Origin: Tubiluchus corallicola
Lineage: Eukaryota; Animalia; Priapulida
Direction of reading: 5' to 3'
NCBI GenBank assembly: GCA_030141605.1
Contig: JAQGDQ010000286.1
Coordinates: 124,001 to 188,000 of the forward strand
DNA length: 64,000 nt
A program made the position numbers and the translations under genes. Each line of letters begins with the position of its first letter. The stretch's first letter is position 1. The notes below the pieces were generated by a model that had not been told where the DNA came from, made no database searches, and was given only the letters and a program-made list of their open reading frames with translations. This document shows, in pieces, positions 59,741-64,000 of this stretch.

Positions 59741-61011
59741 CAATATCATCGCTACGTGGCAGCTAATTTGAAGAATAATATATAAGAAATATACATGTAT
59801 TTGTTTTTTTAACAAAAACAATTTGCTACAAAGTCAGTTATTAGCAGAGGAAGTGAATAGAAGCATAGTAAGCTTATTTCAAGTACAGAGATAAAATCAC
59901 TAGATACAGAGATAATGGCCACATCTTTTTTAAACAACAGCAGCTGTTGTGCTGCTTCTTTGAAGTGCAATTTGTTTAAAGAAGCAAACCAAGTTTACCT
60001 GCATCAACTATTACGTATTCTTTAATTAGCACCCTTTTTATTTCACCACTGACTTCCTCCCAGTGGTATACTTGCAGAGGTTAAAAATCTACGCTGCTTT
60101 TTTCAGGATGCTCAGAACATGATCTCTAAAATTATATTTCTTGACAGTGCATGATAAAAGTTAATGTAAAATAAAACTACACAATCCATCCATATAAGTC
60201 TAAATTCCCAACAATGTACAAAGCATCTGCCATTATCCAAAACAGGTGAGATATGTCAGTTCCTGTTTAATAACGCCTACTTATTAAAGAAAATGTATCT
60301 AGCATAAAAAACAAGTAGAGATTTAAACAGTTTAATTGTCAGCTCAATCAAAACCTTTCAATCCTTATGTGCTAAATCAATAGTAGTACATAATATTTTG
60401 AATTAGAATCACCGTGCACAAAGGGGCAATGTTACAACTTCTAAGAAACACTTTTCAGAAAGTATCTGGCACATAGCAACAATAATTATATAGTTACATA
60501 ATTTCAACAATAATTGCACTTTACAATAATGAAAACAAAAATTTCCTCTAGTTACTCCAGTGGTCTAACAGTAGAACTGCACCACTGTCAGTAAACACAT
60601 TTTCAAAAGAATTTTCAGCAACTGTTTAACTCTGTAGTTCAAGTATTTTGATTTGTTTAGCTCTTTAGTTCACATGCTTTGATGTTAAATACAAAAATTA
60701 CAATTGTATCTTTAATTGTGTCATCTTGCGTTTGATTTTAAAATAAAAAATACATAACAAGTTTAGTATTATCAATACACTTTGTGTCAGCTTTTCTATG
60801 TGTTTGCCCTCTAATTTTAGAATACGGCAACACCCCCCCCCCCATATTCACCTTCAGAAATGTTTTCACCAATGATTAAGAGGTTCTTCTGACAGTAACA
60901 TTTGATGTACACCATTACCTATCATCATACTTAGGCATAGAAAGTTCAAAGCAAAAAGTCTCATTACAAACAGTTTCATCACAGGATAGAAAACGACTAC
61001 TTCTGTAAGTA

Positions 61012-63967
61012 CTACATTTTTGTTGAGAACATTCGCACAGTTTTTGATGGTCGCCTGTCTTCGGCTTGGTCAATGACAATACTAGGTGCTTCCATTGATG
61101 TTAATGGCTGACTCTCGGCTAATTTATTATCACTATAAGTAACAAAAAAACAATTCCATAAAATTTACTTCACGACACATCGGTTTCTTGGCATTACATA
61201 TGTAATTATACTATGAACAGAGGTTGTACGTAATGTTATTTTTACGTCTCAGAATGGGATGTCTACTGTCTGGTACTTGCTTGCATTGTGAATATTACTC
61301 TTGTGGAAAATTTGCTTTGAAACTGTTGTCTGTTTGGTTCACGTTGAATGCTGAATTCTGGGATGTTATAACTCATTTGAACTTGCTTATTTAATGTAAC
61401 GTAGTCAATGGCACTGACTAATAATTACAAACATACAGCCTGTTTGGCTCTGATCTTACAAGTTTACCTTCTGATCTGATCTGATAATTGTCTGCACTGC
61501 ATTAATCGTTTGGCTATATCTTATCAATTATTTTTTTCTGCATTTCTGTGTAAGATATTGATAAACTGTACTTGGCTCTTGGAATAAATAAGCTGTACTA
61601 AATTATAAACCAACAATTCTCATGATCACTAGCCAGGCTACATGGCTGATACTATGCTACTCAAATAGCTATTAATAAAAGACACTGCACCATGAGACAA
61701 GTTTAAAGCGTGTTTGCTCATTTTATGAGCTATGTTAATCCAGTAAAATTCTCTAGAAGGCATCCAGTCTAGATGTAGGTCTAAACTATAGTAATTAATA
61801 AGACTTTTTCTACAGCTCCAGCAATGGATGATTTTGAAAAGGTTAAAGGTTAAGTGAACCAGACAATGCATCTGTGTACACTAGACAATGCCTTGCAGCC
61901 CACGCTATTGTAATAGTAAGAATCTTAACAGCTAGAACTTTACCTAGTTCGTTTTTCTTTTACCTAGTTCCTGCTAGTGAATCACTATACGCATAGACTT
62001 AATACACATATAATTAAGTAAATTCGACATAAAACAACAAGCAAATGGCGTTGCAACTGAAGTTACTGAACTGATGCAGCAGACAGCTTTGTTTTACTGA
62101 CATGGCAGTTGTAGTTAAGATGTGTTGCTGGGGTTAACCTAACCTTTGCCTTACAGCAACTGAGCGTGCACATAGCGAAACTGTGAAAAGGCTCATTCTA
62201 CTTTAGGCATGAAACTATAGCACCACACGATATTACTAGATGAGTTGGTTGTGGCAAACAATAGTAAACATGAACCTATTTGATTTTCAATAGCCGTGTT
62301 GAATAAGTTTTATTTCATTAAAGTTTATTATGCATCTAACATACAGAAGGCTATAGTTATGACAGCAATGTAATTTAAAGCTAAACAGTTGTTAAAATTA
62401 CAAAACTCATAACTTGCCAGAATCGCTCAAACTGCAGAGCCTTCATCAGGCCCAGTCGTCTCTTAAACTTGACAAAAGCAGATTTATTTTGCAATGTATC
62501 AACAATCACATACTATTCATGGTTTTATTATAGAGCAGAACTAGATGGTAAATTAGTAGTTCTCATAGACTACAGTCCAGAGAAAAAATTTCCTGCAGAA
62601 AGCCTAAATTCTTGCTGGTATCACCTGATGATAATTACAAATGTTAATAATTAGAAACAAGGTTTTTACTAATTATAGTTTACTATGAAAACTACTCACT
62701 CTGTGTTCATGCATATAAATTCATCTTTCACTAAAGCCCAAGCACCGCTTTTTATTATTTGATCTTTGAAATCGACTTCGACAAATGTTCCCCGCCGTGG
62801 ACGTGCACGAGCCATTTTACCATTCACACTGATCATGTGCTCCATTTCGCCGCCCTCCTGTAACAAAAAGTTACCAAAAAAAATCAATAACTTACGACAG
62901 GCCAGTCAGGAATGCAATTCTAATAAATGCAAACCATGTGATATCTGAACACGCTAGCAATCATGGGCTAGGCTATTTCTAGAAAGCAAAAACTTTAAAA
63001 AATAATCATTGTGCTTTTATTTTTATTTGTTTCAAGATCGGTCGTTTACTTTTAAGAAATCGTACCTTATCTTCTTCTGATTCAGCCTGCTCTTGCTTTT
63101 CCCTCTCTTTTCTCTCCAGGTCTTCTCGTGCTTTCACAATGGTTTCTGGTGTTTCGCTATCTAGATATACCAACTCATACGGAGTAAAAATAAACCTCAT
63201 TAATTTTCTAACCACCACTAGTAGTAATATCTGCAATAGATAAGAGGTTTGGATTAATACAAGTTGTTCCAAAAAAACAATCCACTAACAATTGCTGTAG
63301 ACCAAGTTATATGGCGAAAAAACTGGAGTGATGACCTAAAAATATAACAATTTTTTTACATCATTAATATTGATGTAAAAACAAAATTACATTTCATTAT
63401 GATGTCAATGCTGAAGTTCAGGCTCCTAGTTCCACTTTTCTGTTTCATATCGAACATGTTGTATGTTGCAAATGCACTTGAAAGAAAATATTTTTGCAAC
63501 AACATAAACAAGAGCATCAAAAGAAGTCTTTTGCAAACTACAGGAGTTACAGTGGTAACAGATTTGCAAAGACAATGAATATTATTACAGATCCGCCCTT
63601 TTACAAAATTGAATCAATCCCTGTAATTTTATCAGTCAGCATAACAAGCAGTGCTTAAAAGCTCTTATTATCCGTGGTTTTATTAAGCGGTGACTATTGT
63701 ACAATGAACTGATCACAAGTTTGTCACTATTAACGCTTGAAAACAATCAATGTTCCTGAAACATCATAAAAAGAAAAACAAAAAACATACCGATACTGGA
63801 AAGAACATGGAAGTTTTCTCAAAAGACTTCAGAACCCACATTACTATCATACAGCCAATTTGAATTAGTGTGTACATGTGTATTCTTAAAGCTTTCAGGT
63901 GCCTAAGGTAGATATAATCTGGCTGGTACTTGGGTGGCATGAAGATCACAAGAATTCTGTCTACAAA
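61012..63967 (-). CDS. SLC4-family bicarbonate transporter (NBC/NDAE/AE-like), 3' exons 63967-63791, 63230-63066, 62857-62700, 61132-61012; 5' part outside window
   Basis: FVDRILVIFMPPKYQPDYIYLRHLKALRIHMYTLIQIGC...WVLKS..TSMFFPV|ILLLVVVRKLMRFIFTPYELVYLD is the conserved SLC4 terminal TM region, followed by a charged tail. The last exon (..PSIVID..STKM*) is in phase but less certain. Confidence 0.88.
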
Positions 63968-64000
63968 CTGAAAACAATGTCATATTTCACAAAATATTCT

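Overview
AT-rich, intron-rich eukaryotic DNA from an invertebrate animal; no prokaryotic features or CRISPR. In order: (1) the 3' part of an apparently intact BEL/Pao LTR retrotransposon (ORF open from base 1 to 4860, 3' LTR about 4827-5216) just upstream of the last two exons of SKP2; (2) UBE2K with an intronless CDS (-); (3) an 8-exon SARAF/TMEM66 (-) head-to-head with a 4-exon FBXO39-like F-box/LRR gene (+); (4) an 8-exon Rab32/38/29-family GTPase (-) with His in place of the catalytic switch-II Gln, head-to-head with a C11orf16-like DUF4537 gene of about 11 exons (+); (5) a 6-exon SHIPPO-repeat (ODF3/CIMAP1-like) gene with an RFX X-box and a 10-aa tandem-repeat tail; (6) the 3' exons of an SLC4 bicarbonate transporter (-). 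Introns and intergenic DNA hold LINE remnants (L2, RTE, CCHC-type), MITEs, a SAP-SWIM transposon fossil and local tandem duplications. The most unusual observation is a set of TTAA-bounded short elements, each carrying a Pol III tRNA-like cassette with a serine-type anticodon. All gene models were built by hand from splice signals, phase and protein motifs; no database searches were run.
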